From NCBI GenBank assembly GCA_000004985.1, contig GG738851.1: a stretch of DNA of 64,000 nt; one strand, given 5' to 3'. Shown here one piece after another: positions 35,210 to 47,586 of the stretch; the stretch's first letter is position 1, and each line of letters starts with the position of its first letter. The notes under the pieces were generated by a model that searched no databases, was not told the DNA's origin, and worked only from the letters and a program-made list of their open reading frames with translations. This DNA comes from Naegleria gruberi. Taxonomy: Eukaryota. The translations under genes and the position numbers were made by a program.

Positions 35210-38200
35210 ATGTCTAACTTTATTAGAAGGTTTTTGCTCAATTCTGGAGGTGGTGATGGAGAAAATCAAAATCAAAATACATCATCAGATAATACCACAC
35301 CATCAAATGATAGTAATACTACAACCAATAACACAACTACTCAACCTACACTTCCAACAACAACACCAACAACACAAACAAATCAAAGCCCTAGTAATGT
35401 TGACAGTAATGCTGGATTGTCTGCAGATGAAATCCGTTTGAGGAGATTAAATAGGCTTGGGGGCACAGTCACTCCAATTACAACACCTATCAAGACTTCT
35501 TCACCTCCTAAATCTAATGCTATGGATACACGAGATGATTTTGTACCACCATCAAAAACTCTCACTCCTATTAGTACTCCAAAGGCTACAACTCCAACAT
35601 CAGCAAAATCACCATCAAGTAATCTAAACAAAATGGATACATCCGATGGTACGTATTTTTCAAATTTATTTTAAATTTTACACTGATCAATTTATTACAA
35701 AATTGAAATCAGATATTATCAAGAAGAATTTGAGTTTGGAGGAAAGATTTGTTCATGATACAATTTCCAAGATTTTCAGAGTCACTTTGACTCCAAGTAA
35801 GGATAGTACTTTGTACTACTTGAAAGACTATGCATCTGAATTATCTAACTCACAATTTACTGAAAATGATGTGGAATCTATTTTGATTGAACGTATTTCT
35901 AAAGGAGGCTTCGAACATAGTGGTTCAAAAACTATTTTCTCCTTCTTGATGGAATGCTTTGAACGATCAGAAAGAGAATTAGACAATAAGAAAAAGGAAG
36001 AACAAATCAAAGTCATCAAAAATATCAAGGAAATTATTACTTCATATTGTGGTATTGTTTTGACAGATCCAGATATGTTCGATCAACCAGAGCATATTTC
36101 TAGACAAGGGTCTTTACAACTTGTTGATTATGTTTGTGGAGATATTCCAGGCACATTCCTTCAAGATTTTGTCACAAGATTTGCTGATTCTCCAAAAACT
36201 TTGGAAACAATCTTTGCTCCCGTCTTCAATGATATTTCAACTAGATTTTTGAAAATTACACTTGTTGATGACTATTCTCCATATATTTATGGATTTAAGC
36301 GACTCACTGCTTTGAGAGAACTTTCTATTGTACTTGTAAATCATCCACTCTTTTTACCAAGAAGAAAGAATGGTAATTCTGTCGAATTTGAAACTATTTT
36401 GGGACCTCTTTTCAAAATTACTGCCTATTACGATCAACCAAAAGTTGGTGAACAATACTTTAGAAATGATATTGAGAGATTGACAAATCAAGATGTTGCT
36501 AACATCAAAGATCAAATCAGATCCAAGATTAATATGTACCATACATCATTACAGCAAATTTTCATGAATCTTTTGAAACCAAAAGAAACCAGAGACAAAA
36601 CAATTGAATGGTTATCACTGAGTGTGGACTATAATTCAGCAAGAGCAAAAATGCAAGCAGATCCTCATGTTATCTCAACGGAAGGCTTTATGACAAACTT
36701 GTGTGCTATATTATTGAAGCTTTCCCAACCATTTACTAAAATTGAAGATAGCAAGATACCTGCTACTGCCAAAATTCAAGTTGACTATCCTATGATGAAT
36801 AAGGATGTAAACTTCAAATCAGATGCAAGATTTAATATGGCAGAAAAAGAATCTGAAGAGTACTACAAAACCAAACCTAACACAGATTTTAGTTTTGTAA
36901 GCTCGTGCTTCTTCCTTACATATAGAGCCCTTCACCTTGGCTATTTAGTTACACAGGAAAAGTATCAAAACGCCATAAAAAGACTGCAAGATGTTCAAAG
37001 ACATTATGGTGCAACTCCAAGTCCAGAAGTAAGAAAAGAAATTGATTTATATTACATTATCAGATGGACAGCTGAAACTCATCTTTTCGATCAAAATTTA
37101 CTTGAGGCAATGCTAGATTATTATAGATTCTGTAGCATATGGCTTATAAAGTTGGCAAATCCTACGAATACCGCCAATTATCCTTTGACTCCTCTTGTAG
37201 CAGGTAACACTCACACTACATTCCCTTCTGAGCCTTCAAAGGACTTGGCTGCCATGCCAGAATTCTTCCTAGAAGATATAGTGACATGTTTCACTTTCTT
37301 ATTGAGATACAAGCCTGAATCCTTATCTAGTACTGTTCTTACCGAGACATTCGACATGTTTGCTATGTTCCTCTATCATTCAAAATATGTGAAAAACAGA
37401 TATTTGTTGGCAAAACTACCAGAATTATATTGTGCTATGCTTCCTGCTGGATCAAATGATTTTATTCCACCAATTCTTGTTGAATATTTACCAAACCACA
37501 AATTCTCTCAACTTAGCCTTACCTCAGGTTTGCTGAAATTATATATTGATATTGAACATGAGAGCTCGTTCTATGAAAAATTCAACTACCGTTATTATAT
37601 CTCTTTGCTTTTGAAGAGCTTATGGAATAGTACTCCTTACAAGACTTCATTCATTCAAATCACAAATAAGACGGATGACACAAGCTTTATGAAATTCTTC
37701 AACTTGTTGCTTAACGATGCCATTTACTTATTGGACGAAAGTTTGAAAGATCTTCAAAAAATCAAAGAAATTCAAACTGTTATGGACACTCCAACTGAAT
37801 GGAATGCATTAACACAACAAGAAAAAACTGACAAAACCACAGCTCTTGCACAATATGAGCGTATGGTCAAATCATACATGCTTTTAGCTAATGAAACTGT
37901 TCATATGTTAAGCTACCTTTCTAAAGATATTCCAAAACCTTTCCTTCGTCCTGAGATGATTGACAGAGTTGCTTCTATGCTTAATTACTTCCTTGTAGAG
38001 TTGGCTGGACCTAAGTGCCAAAACTTGAAGGTTAAAGATCCTGAGAAATATTCATTTAGTGCAAAGTACCTATTGACTGAAATTACTGATACTTACATCC
38101 ACTTCTCTCCATTTGATGAATTTGCTACTGCAGTTGCCAAAGATGAACGATCATTCAAAGCAGACGTATTCGAAAGAGTTGTTGCTATTTTGAGAAAAAT

Positions 38201-38525
38201 AGGTAAAACTGAGGATTACGTAAAGAAATTCGATTCATTTGCTTTAAAGGCATTGGAGGAGGCAAAGAAGTTAATTGACCTAGATGTGGATTACAGTGAT
38301 GCACCAGATGAATTTTTGGATCCTCTTACCTATACCATTATGGAAGATCCAGTTCTTTTACCTGTATCTAAGATTTACATTGATAGGGCAACTATTGAAA
38401 GACATTTACTCAATGATCCAAAAGATCCTTTTAATCGTTCTCCTCTCTCTGTAGACATGTTAGTTCCAGCTCCAGAATTCAAGAAACAAATTATGGAATG
38501 GAAAGCATCCAAAAGAAAACATTAA
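35210..38525 (+). CDS. UFD2: ubiquitin conjugation factor E4 (UFD2/UBE4 U-box); exons 35210..35648 and 35713..38525, intron 35649..35712 (GTACGT..AATCAG, 64 nt)
   Basis: The Ufd2 core region is collinear with yeast Ufd2/UBE4B. The C-terminal U-box is [44 protein letters not shown]. Splicing joins ..MDTSD to [26 protein letters not shown]. Confidence 0.85.
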
Positions 38526-38645
38526 TTTATTAAATCAAATATGTAAATAAAAAAAAGCAATTCCTTTATTCCATCAAATAATTATTAAATGGTTTAAATG
38601 GTTTAAACTGATTCCTTTTGTAAAGCTATTTGAACTTTAAAAAAA

Positions 38646-39465
38646 ATGTCATTCTATGAACTTGCCATTGAATTTGCAACTGAAAAACATAAAGGCCAAT
38701 TCCGAAAGGGAGGTGTAATTCCTTATGTTGAGCATCCGAAGGTTTGTAATTTTAATTGCAATAATATATTCTGATAATGTGTTTAGAGAGTTGCAAACAC
38801 TATCAAGGAATTGTTTGAAAAATATCATGATGATCAATATATTAAAACAATAAAAGATCAACAAGCAGATATTGTTAGCAATGGAAAGATTATTTCCGTT
38901 TATGAATCAATTATTTGTGCTGGTGTTTTACATGACACATTGTAAGTAGAGTTATTTATGAATAATGAATCAGCTCATAATTTACAGAGAAGATACTGAT
39001 ACGACTTTTGAGGAAATACTAGATGATTTTGGCTATACCACAGCTTACATTGTTAAAGAATGTACAAATGATGATAAGAAGGTTGCATCTTTGGCAACTG
39101 AAAAGTTTGAACTCTTCAAAAGTAAGAGTCTTGATGAAAATTGCAATTCCTTGTTAGTAAATGTTCTTCAAAATGAAATTGACGAAGTTTCAGAACAAGT
39201 GATGAAGAAGAGATTAGGAAGAAGTTATTATTTCATTGAAAAATTGAATACCATGAGTTTGGAAGCAGCCTTTGTAAAACTTGCAGATCGTTTAGATAAC
39301 ATTTCAGATATTAATGAGATGGCATCTAAATCAAAACCAAAAGGAGGTGATTTCACAATAGAGTACAAATCTGAAACCAATTTTGTAATGAAATCCATTA
39401 ATTTGGATAGATTTACTCCACTTCATAGAGAATTAATTAGTGCTATCAGTGAAATTGTTAAATAA
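38646..39465 (+). CDS. HDDC3: HD-domain (p)ppGpp hydrolase-like protein (MESH1/HDDC3 family); exons 38646..38741, 38787..38941, 38988..39465
   Basis: GQFRKGGVIPYVEHP, AGVLHDT|LEDTDTT (split by a 46-nt intron) and FVKLADRLDNI (KLADRLHN signature). Introns 38742..38786 (GTTTGT..TTTAG) and 38942..38987 (GTAAGT..TTACAG) both carry in-frame stops. Confidence 0.7.
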
Positions 39466-39470
39466 ATAAA

Positions 39471-41266
39471 TTATTGTTTGTTTATTTGTTTTTTCAAACT
39501 TGAAATAATAGATTCAACCTTTTCGTACTTTGAAGAGGAAATATTATGTAAAGAGCTTACTAATTGAGCGTAGGCATTAAAGTTACCTTGAGCAAATAAG
39601 GTATCAGTCATTCTCAAGTACGTAAATCCAGAAATTGCCTTTCCATTTGAGAAAGATTGATTGATAATTTGAGAGTTAGCTTGATAATTTCCTTCAATGT
39701 CAAGTGCATTTTCACCACCATATTCAAGACCATACTTCCAAGCAGTGGCTCTAGTTTGTGCTACTAATTCTTGTGGTCCACAAGCACAGTTACTTGGCTG
39801 TTCATTGTCTATCATTTCCATGCAAGTAAATTCAAAATCAATGTCATATTGAGCAAACATTTGTGAAATAGCTCCATATCCATCATTGAAAGCATTATTG
39901 TAATAACCAGCAGTAAGTTCAGCAGCATGGCTAGAAGAGAAGAACCACCAATGGATGCCTGCAATTTTACCAGCAATTCTGATATTCTTACCAAAGATAT
40001 TTCTTGCTCTTGATAAAATGTTTGCACCATGTTGAATGAGTTGTCCAGAATACCATGACAAGAAGAATTTGCCATATGGTGAATCATAATTGTCAGCAGT
40101 ATTTTCACTAAAGAATCCAGTTTGATATGGGAATGAATTATAGTATCCAGCATCATCTGGACCAGCATAACCCCAATCAGCATGACCAACCTGTGAGGCC
40201 GATTGTGACAAGTTTCTCAACATGTATTTATCATAACTAAAAATTATTGAACTATTCAATGCAAAAAAACTTACCATTGGAATGCTCCAACACCTGGGAA
40301 TGTCCACAAATTATTTTGTAATTGATAAGATGGGTATCTCATTTCACCTGCAGGTCCAAGGCCAATCTCAATAACTTCAATGACTCCACTACTAATGAAA
40401 GGAGACATTGTTTGCATAAAAGAGCTCATGTAGTCACTATACATATCAACAGCTGTTCTATTCTTTCCTGGAGTACCTGATGGGAATATTGCTACATTAT
40501 CAACACCAAGTGAAAGATATTCTCTGTCACGATGGCCATTTTGATCTGTGTAGAAAATGTCTGGATTATTCTGACCCACTTGAAGAACCCATTTTGGAAG
40601 TGGAATATAAGCAGCATCTCCAACATTAGTACCACATTGATGGAAGGACATGACAGGTTCAACTTTTAATCCCAGTTGTTGGCACATGGTAAATAATTGA
40701 GTATAAGCTGTGAAATTATAAACTTTAGGTGCTAACCCCTCTACTATGCCCCACCAAACATCTATCATAATTCTAATAGATACATTCAAAATTTTCAATT
40801 GTTTGAATTTCCAAATTATCCAACATTCAAATGAACGAAGATTTGAAATATTTAGAAAATTGTCAAAATTTGGGAAAGGAGTTTTGACCACCACCACAAC
40901 AGTTGCAATAAACCATGCAATTGAGGACCAATGTGTGTTAGAATATTGAAATCACAAAAGAGAAAAAACCTACCCATCCGTACCAACTTGTTTAACTTGT
41001 TTCAGATTATTGTAAATCTTTGTCGGATTGTTTAGGGTGCCATCATTATTCACTGTATCCAGTGGCATCATGATATAGACTGGAACATAGGAGCCACCAG
41101 TAGTAGTACTTGTGGATTTTGCTTCTTTACTATTAGTAGACAATCTTATTTTACAATATACAGACTTGTTGAATAACAAGAAACTTATTAGAACAATAAG
41201 AACAATCAGTAAACTGCTAGTAGCAGTAGCAGATCGTGAATGTGTTGCTGAAAATTGACGATTCAT
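39471..41266 (-). CDS. beta-amylase (glycoside hydrolase family 14) with signal/TM N-terminus; exons 40974..41266, 40275..40772, 39471..40236
   Basis: YVPVYIMMPLD, QVGTDG|IMIDVWWGIVE, MSFHQCGTNVGD, IPLPKWV, NPDIFYTDQNGHRDREYLSLGVD, GPAGEMRYPSYQ, GAFQ|CYDKYML (intron 40237..40274, 38 nt), HAAELTAGYYN, FTCMEM, GENAL. Intron 1 is 40773..40973 (GTAGGT..TATTAG, 201 nt). Confidence 0.9.
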
Positions 41267-41801
41267 CCTTTGATTATTGTACAAATATTATTTAAATTAT
41301 AATAATTATATGATGATGATGATGATGTTATCGGATCTCTTTACAATGATAGTAGACTACAGTTAAATATCTCGCGCAGTAGATAATGATCTGATGAGCC
41401 AAATAGTAGTAGTATTAGTAGTAGAGAGAAATAGGTCTAGTTTTCAAATCACACACAGAATTTGATCAAGTCTTTGAATATTATTATCGACTTGTTGATG
41501 AGTTTGAGTGTGATGATGGAAGAAGAGGTGCAGGGTAAATTGTCGTCGCAGTTTTCGTGCCTTTTTTTCAAAGCCTTTAAACGTCTAAGATTTTTCATAC
41601 TCCGAAAGTTTTTTTGTAAACAAGTGTTCAGTTAAAAGTGAAAGGCTTGGTTTGTGAAATGAGTGATCATGAAGGTTCTGTTGGATGTTTAGAATCATTT
41701 CAATGTGTGATAATGTGAAATTTTCAAGTGTGTGAATTAATAATCAATAATTTTCATATTGATTGGATTTTCCAAATGTTTTAATTTCAAAAATTAAAAA
41801 A

Positions 41802-42212
41802 ATGTTCAAACAAACATCGCTTTTAAGAAATATTATCAAGTCTTCAACATCATCATGCAATCCAATGATGATGATCGGAAATTATAGAACATCATTGATA
41901 AATCGTTCTTATCACTCTTCCGTATCATTGTTTGCAGAAATGAAGAGAACAGAAAAGGATTTGGCACAAATTTTGGAAAATAACTTTGTTGATGGAGAAA
42001 ACAAGCCAATTATTAGAGTAAATGATATTTCGGGTGGATGTGGAGCAATGTTTGATATTCTTGTTGTTTCCAATAAATTTGAAGGACAATCTCTTGTCAA
42101 ACAACACAAGATGGTGATGGAAATTTTAAAGAAGGATATTCAATCAATGCACGGATTAACAATTAATACAAAGACACCAAAACAATATGAAGATATTATC
42201 AAGAAGAAGTAA
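41802..42212 (+). CDS. BolA-like protein with mitochondrial-type presequence
   Basis: IRVNDISGGCGAMFDILVVSNKFEGQSLVKQHKMV..HGLTINTKTP matches the BolA fold signature (SGGCG..F.I.VVS..F.G...V.RHR). Confidence 0.65.
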   Translation: MFKQTSLLRNIIKSSTSSCNPMMMIGNYRTSLINRSYHSSVSLFAEMKRTEKDLAQILENNFVDGENKPIIRVNDISGGCGAMFDILVVSNKFEGQSLVKQHKMVMEILKKDIQSMHGLTINTKTPKQYEDIIKKK

Positions 42213-42541
42213 ATTTGTAAATTTTGTAAATTCTCAATACTACTTTCATTTTGGAATAATAATTATTCAATTTCAATCTTGGTTCATTAGTTAAATGGGA
42301 AATTAATAATTTAATATATTAATTATTTAAAAAATCATCGGAATAATTCCAAATATTTAATTCTATTCATTCTCTATTATTCACTACAATAAAAATTGAA
42401 ACACAGTGGAAACACAATAGTGGTGGCTATTTTCAATCAACTTGTTCACAACAATTCGTTTTTCGCCTTTTTTGAATGGCATGATTTTTGGCCGCCTCTT
42501 CAAGAAGATGGCGAAATATCAAACAACAACAACAGAAGAAA

Positions 42542-42955
42542 ATGCAAACAAGTCTTGTTAATAAATCACTGAGAGTTGCAAGAGCAGCAACAGGAAGAGC
42601 ATCATGTTGCTCCTTATTGAATAATAACAGTAGTGGAATTGTAATGATGATGATGATGAATCGATTGGTGCAACAAGGAAATCATAGAGACTTTTCAAAA
42701 CTCTCACAAATTGTTCATTCTTCATTGTCATCTTCGGAACCAGAAATGAAAATTACACAAGAACAATTGAAAGCTGCTTTGGAGAGAAAAAAGTTGGAAC
42801 AAGAACAAAGAATTGCACATAATAAGAAACAAGAAAAGGAAAGAAGAAAGGAAAGGAATAGAGAATTCTTCAAATGGGTTGGATTGTTTAGTGCCTTGTT
42901 CTTTGGTATTATGGTTTATCACTTGGCTTGGTTGGTAAGTTTTTTAACAGAGTGA
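42542..42955 (+). CDS. small hypothetical protein, basic/coiled segment plus C-terminal TM helix
   Basis: ATG ORF. GTAAGT lies immediately 3' of codon ..AWL (42937), so it may continue by splicing. Confidence 0.35.
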   Translation: MQTSLVNKSLRVARAATGRASCCSLLNNNSSGIVMMMMMNRLVQQGNHRDFSKLSQIVHSSLSSSEPEMKITQEQLKAALERKKLEQEQRIAHNKKQEKERRKERNREFFKWVGLFSALFFGIMVYHLAWLVSFLTE

Positions 42956-43004
42956 GGGTTGACTGATTTTATTGAAATAGTGGGCTCCAGAAATTGAAGG
43001 TGCA

Positions 43005-43715
43005 TTGAAAGATTCATTGATTTACTATTTCAGAGATAGTAAGACTCTTACACAACTCTTTTTGAGTGTTTTTGATGAAAGTAAAAAGTTAACACATAGA
43101 ACTCATTTGGAAAATGTGATGGCTACTTTGAGAACGAGTATTAGAGTTGCTAATTCAGGCACTTTTATTCAAGAGTTTGGAACGTTGCAAACTTGTAAAT
43201 GTTTATTGGAATTGGTTAGTACCAATCAATTGACTGAAACTATTGGACAAATTTATCAACAAAAAGTCAATGAGGAAGAAAATGATCTCTCTAAATTGGC
43301 TTTCGTTACTTTGAATTCATTCCTTAAACATTTGACACATCATCCAGAGATTATTAATAATATTAGCTATTTAGTTTTAAATGGAAAAGAGGAGAATTTG
43401 GAAATGTTTATTGTAGATTCTACAGCAAAGAAAGTGGCAAATATTAATTTTGATATTCTTGAAGTTTTACTTTCAAATTGTCAAACATCACTCAAATCCA
43501 AATCAAACACTGATAATATTGAACTCATAGAAAAGAACGAGCCTTACATGGAATTCATACAATTGTTATTTTCAAACTCTAATTTCATTAATGTTTTAGA
43601 AAAATCTCCATATTCTAGTGTGGTTAACACAAAGTTACAATCATGGTCTATTTCAAATGAAAGAGAAAAGAAATTCCTTGCCAATAAGATATCATCCTTC
43701 ATCAACTCAAAATAA
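43005..43715 (+). CDS. hypothetical protein (start uncertain; first in-frame ATG ~43115)
   Basis: Frame is open from 42981. No recognisable domain. Confidence 0.35.
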   Translation: MKDSLIYYFRDSKTLTQLFLSVFDESKKLTHRTHLENVMATLRTSIRVANSGTFIQEFGTLQTCKCLLELVSTNQLTETIGQIYQQKVNEEENDLSKLAFVTLNSFLKHLTHHPEIINNISYLVLNGKEENLEMFIVDSTAKKVANINFDILEVLLSNCQTSLKSKSNTDNIELIEKNEPYMEFIQLLFSNSNFINVLEKSPYSSVVNTKLQSWSISNEREKKFLANKISSFINSK

Positions 43716-43732
43716 ATTTATCAAACATTCGG

Positions 43733-46487
43733 TTAACATTGAATTTTAATGTTGGGAATCTTAGTGAGATCAACTTGTGAAAAGTCTACAGTTGATCTTG
43801 TTGAATTCCACAAGCATAATGAATCCAAAATAGTTTCTACAGATTTCAATGGATTTTCAATAAATATACAATCTGGAGTGTGCAAATATTTAAGCCCAAA
43901 ATGCTTATTCAAACAATTGCCCAATTGATCATCCTTAATACACGTGCTTCCTACATTGAGATAGGTCAATAAAGGGCAGTCAATGTTAAATGATTCAATG
44001 TTGGATCCAAAAATTGATATTGAAGAAAGTGTTTTGTTTCTGATCACCACTGCAAGAGGTTCAGTATTGCAGATGTATTTCATTGATAGGTGAACAAGAG
44101 ATCCCAAATTTTCAAAATCAACCTTTACATCAGATCTATCCATTACTAGATGAGTCAAATTAGGAAGTCTTGGTAGGATTTTTACAATTTTACATCCTGA
44201 AATATCTAAATATTGGATTGATTGTGGAAGTGTTAACTCTGGAATAACTCTTTCAACAGAAAGGCAGAGATGCGTTATTAAATGTAAGTGTTCAAACTGA
44301 TCTAGGTTGTCATTTCCACTCAATTTAAGCTTTCTTAATGAGGTGTGTAATTTAGGTGAATCAATATTGGATCCTGAAATATCTAAATCTGTGATAGAGC
44401 TATAACACTCAAACATTCCTATAATGCCACAATTAATAATGTGAAGTTTTTTGAGAGATGAGTTTGGATATCTAGAAGTTATTTTCAACTTTTTACAATT
44501 ATAAATTATCAAACTCTCCAAATTAGGTCCCTTGAAAAACCAATTTGTCTTGATTGTTGGACATAAAAATGTAGATGGAGATATAACCACCAGAGTTTTC
44601 AGGTTGGATTTGACTTTTGTAGTCAGGGCTTTGATACATCTGACTGCCTCTCCTTTCAGGGTAATAGTCTGTAAATTCTTGAATTCATTCAAAAACTTGG
44701 TAAAGAAATTCCTATCAAAAAGTAGTGGAATTGTGATGGATTTCTTCTCGAATAAGCATTCTCTGAATTGTCTGTTAACAGATGAAATTGTTGGATAATG
44801 TCGAGTTTCTATATATTCAATAATTTTTCCAACAAGTTCGTTCGGTAAATCAAACCTATAAGCTTGCTTTACAATATTGCTACTTGCTTTTCTTCGTTTT
44901 AACATGTCAAAATAATTGGTGTTTGGCATTTTAGACATTTCAGAAACAATTATTTCTCTACGAATATTCTTATCAAAATCGCAAGTAATTGGATTCTCTG
45001 GATCTTGAATAGAGAAAATTGCAGATGATAATCCATACCTTGACATCTCTTTCAAATCATCTAGTTTATAAAAGCCAAGTTTAGCAGGTGGACCAATAGT
45101 ATCTACACTCTGATAAAGGTTGGTTGTCATTCCAAATGAAAATAATGATTTGTCATGGTTAACAGCTCCAAAACTACATATTTGCGTTGTTTCACTATTT
45201 TTAGGTTTGATTTGAAATAACTCTCTTGATTGTTTTAAATTTACAACTTTGCAAGTATTGCATCCTGTTATAAATAAATAATTATTATCAATTATATCAA
45301 CACTATTTACAGGATATACATGGTTTTGAGGGTAGCCTGATGGACTTTTAAATATTGAAAGATATTCATTGGATTCAAAATGAAAATTGACCAAATTATG
45401 TAAAATAATTTGACCTCCAGTTGTTCCCAAAATTATGCCTCTCTCTGGATCGTTTTTGAAATTAACTGTTGTAATAAATCCAAAGACGCCAATAATTTCA
45501 GCTGAATAGATCTCCTTATCTCTTGTCATATCATATATTTTAACAGTTTTACCACTACAAGTAGCCATAAATGGAAAATTAATATCGAATACAGATGCAT
45601 TATGCATTGGCAAAGTGACTCCTTCATGAATGTTTCTGATATCATACGATATAAAAGCTGATCCATCGAATGGGTTTGATATAATAGTATTCAGGGAATG
45701 GCAATATTTGATTTTTCCAGGACGGAGGGTCTTATCACCACCACAGATGTCATTATTACAAGTCTGTTTTACAAAATCAATAGAATGAATTTTTCCATCT
45801 ATTGTACTACTATATACAACGTTATTTGCATCCATTACTGAATTAATTACTGGTAAAGAATGATTAAAATTGGCCAATTCCAAATTATTTTCATCCATTT
45901 TTCCAAGAAATGTCTTTAATTATTTGTCAACAAGTTTAAATAATCTAAAAACACTTACCATACCATTCCAAGATGAAAGACAAAATAAATGTCTGTCATT
46001 GAGTGAATAAGTATGACTTGTAATACCTTCTTTCACAATAGGATTAATCTCGAATTCTAAATGATTGGCTTTGTACGAATGATGCAAAGGAATTTGTTTT
46101 GGAAAACCATAAATTGAAGAATCATTCGTAGAGACAAACTCCAAACTTGTTACTTTCAAAACACTTTAAATGTAAATATGAATAAAAGATTAATTCCTAC
46201 CTCTTGTTCGATTGATCAAACATGGAATAACCCGATAACAATCGGATACAATCCTTGTATTTTAAACGAGTACTCATATTGGATTGAATAACAATCGGTA
46301 AACAATAAATACTATCACTAACTGTAGCAAAAATATGAACCCGATCTTTAGATAAAATTGGATAATCAATTACTTGAACAATTGGATGGTCAATTAAATC
46401 AAATGGAATATTGGAGGCAATTTGATCGCATATTTTAGAACACCAACCAGAGGATAGACGGACCGATGACGATTCTTGTTGCGACAT
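43733..46487 (-). CDS. WD40-like N-terminal region plus internal F-box plus C-terminal leucine-rich repeats; exons 46201..46487, 45959..46163, 43733..45913
   Basis: Introns 46164..46200 (GTAGGA..TTAAAG, 37 nt) and 45914..45958 (GTAAGT..TTAAAG, 45 nt) join ..FDQSNK-S-VLKVTSLEF and ..LSSWNGM-TFLGKMDENN. The F-box is LPNELVGKIIEYIETRHYPTISSVNRQFRE. Repeated L..L.L..C/N LRR units follow. Confidence 0.7.
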
Positions 46488-46546
46488 TTTTTTTTCTAAT
46501 ATTTTCGAACTTTTGTAAAATATTTTAATCTTTAATATTATTGATT

Positions 46547-47434
46547 TTATATTATTCTTGGGATTACAGTTATTAAAAGTAGCATAAATACAAAGGAAAT
46601 TAAAACAACCACGATGAAGGTAATTTGTGAATAGAGATAGGTCTTGGCAAGTGAAATTTGTTGATTCAAATCAGTTTGAGCTCTATCCAGTGATGATTTG
46701 CTCTTCTCCAATATTACACTCTTTCTCTTTATGGAATCTACATCTGATTTGATAAATTCATTCACTTGTTGAGCTTTTTCTTTCAACATGGATGTTAATT
46801 TGGAAAGTTCTTCCTTGGTTTTTTCCTGTTCTTTCTGTTGAGTATCGACCTCTTCCTGTTCATTGGCTTGTAAATCATCATCTTCATTCAATTCTCCAAA
46901 TTCATCCAAAAGTGATGATTCTTGATTTTTCTGTTCAATTAAATGTTTTTGAATATTGGATACAATCTTTGAAAGTGAATCAGTTTCAGGCAGAGAAGGT
47001 AACTCTACATATTTAAATTGTTTCTTTGATTGATATAGTTTTTGAATTCTTTCATTCACTAAATTAAATTCCTCCTCCACTTGATTATAAGCATCCACTC
47101 CATAGGCTTTGATGAATGGATTTTCAATATGAATTAATAAATCCCTTGCATCAGAACAAAACGTTAATAACTTTTGCAATTGCAAAACATTTTCAAAACT
47201 CTCCATTCCTTCCTTTATGTGTTCAAACAGCCTTCTGAAATTTACAATTTTCCTAAAATCTTGATCCGAAATAATATTGGTATGGTCTTCCAGGCAATCT
47301 ACAATATTATTATTATTTAAAAGAGAAGAATTATTGGTAGTACTATTATTTAGACTCAGGAAGAAATTATTTGGATCGGAAGATTGATGATCATTATCGT
47401 CATTCACTAACAAGCCTTTCTTGAGTAGAAACAT
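46547..47434 (-). CDS. tail-anchored coiled-coil protein (SNARE-like, Use1/Sec20-type topology)
   Basis: Heptad-rich segment LEKSKSSLDRAQTDLNQQISLAKTYL followed directly by a C-terminal TM (ITFIVVVLISFVFMLLLI). The family assignment is tentative. Confidence 0.45.
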   Translation of the reverse strand: MFLLKKGLLVNDDNDHQSSDPNNFFLSLNNSTTNNSSLLNNNNIVDCLEDHTNIISDQDFRKIVNFRRLFEHIKEGMESFENVLQLQKLLTFCSDARDLLIHIENPFIKAYGVDAYNQVEEEFNLVNERIQKLYQSKKQFKYVELPSLPETDSLSKIVSNIQKHLIEQKNQESSLLDEFGELNEDDDLQANEQEEVDTQQKEQEKTKEELSKLTSMLKEKAQQVNEFIKSDVDSIKRKSVILEKSKSSLDRAQTDLNQQISLAKTYLYSQITFIVVVLISFVFMLLLITVIPRII

Positions 47435-47586
47435 TTTTTTAATTTTAGATTTGCCATGTCATCTTAATTTTTATAATAGTATCTTTCAATAAGTATTGAA
47501 AGTTAATATTAATGTAATGTTATAATATTTATTATTACTTTAAATGTTAAAGTATTTAAATATTTAAAGTTTGAATTTTTAAAAAA

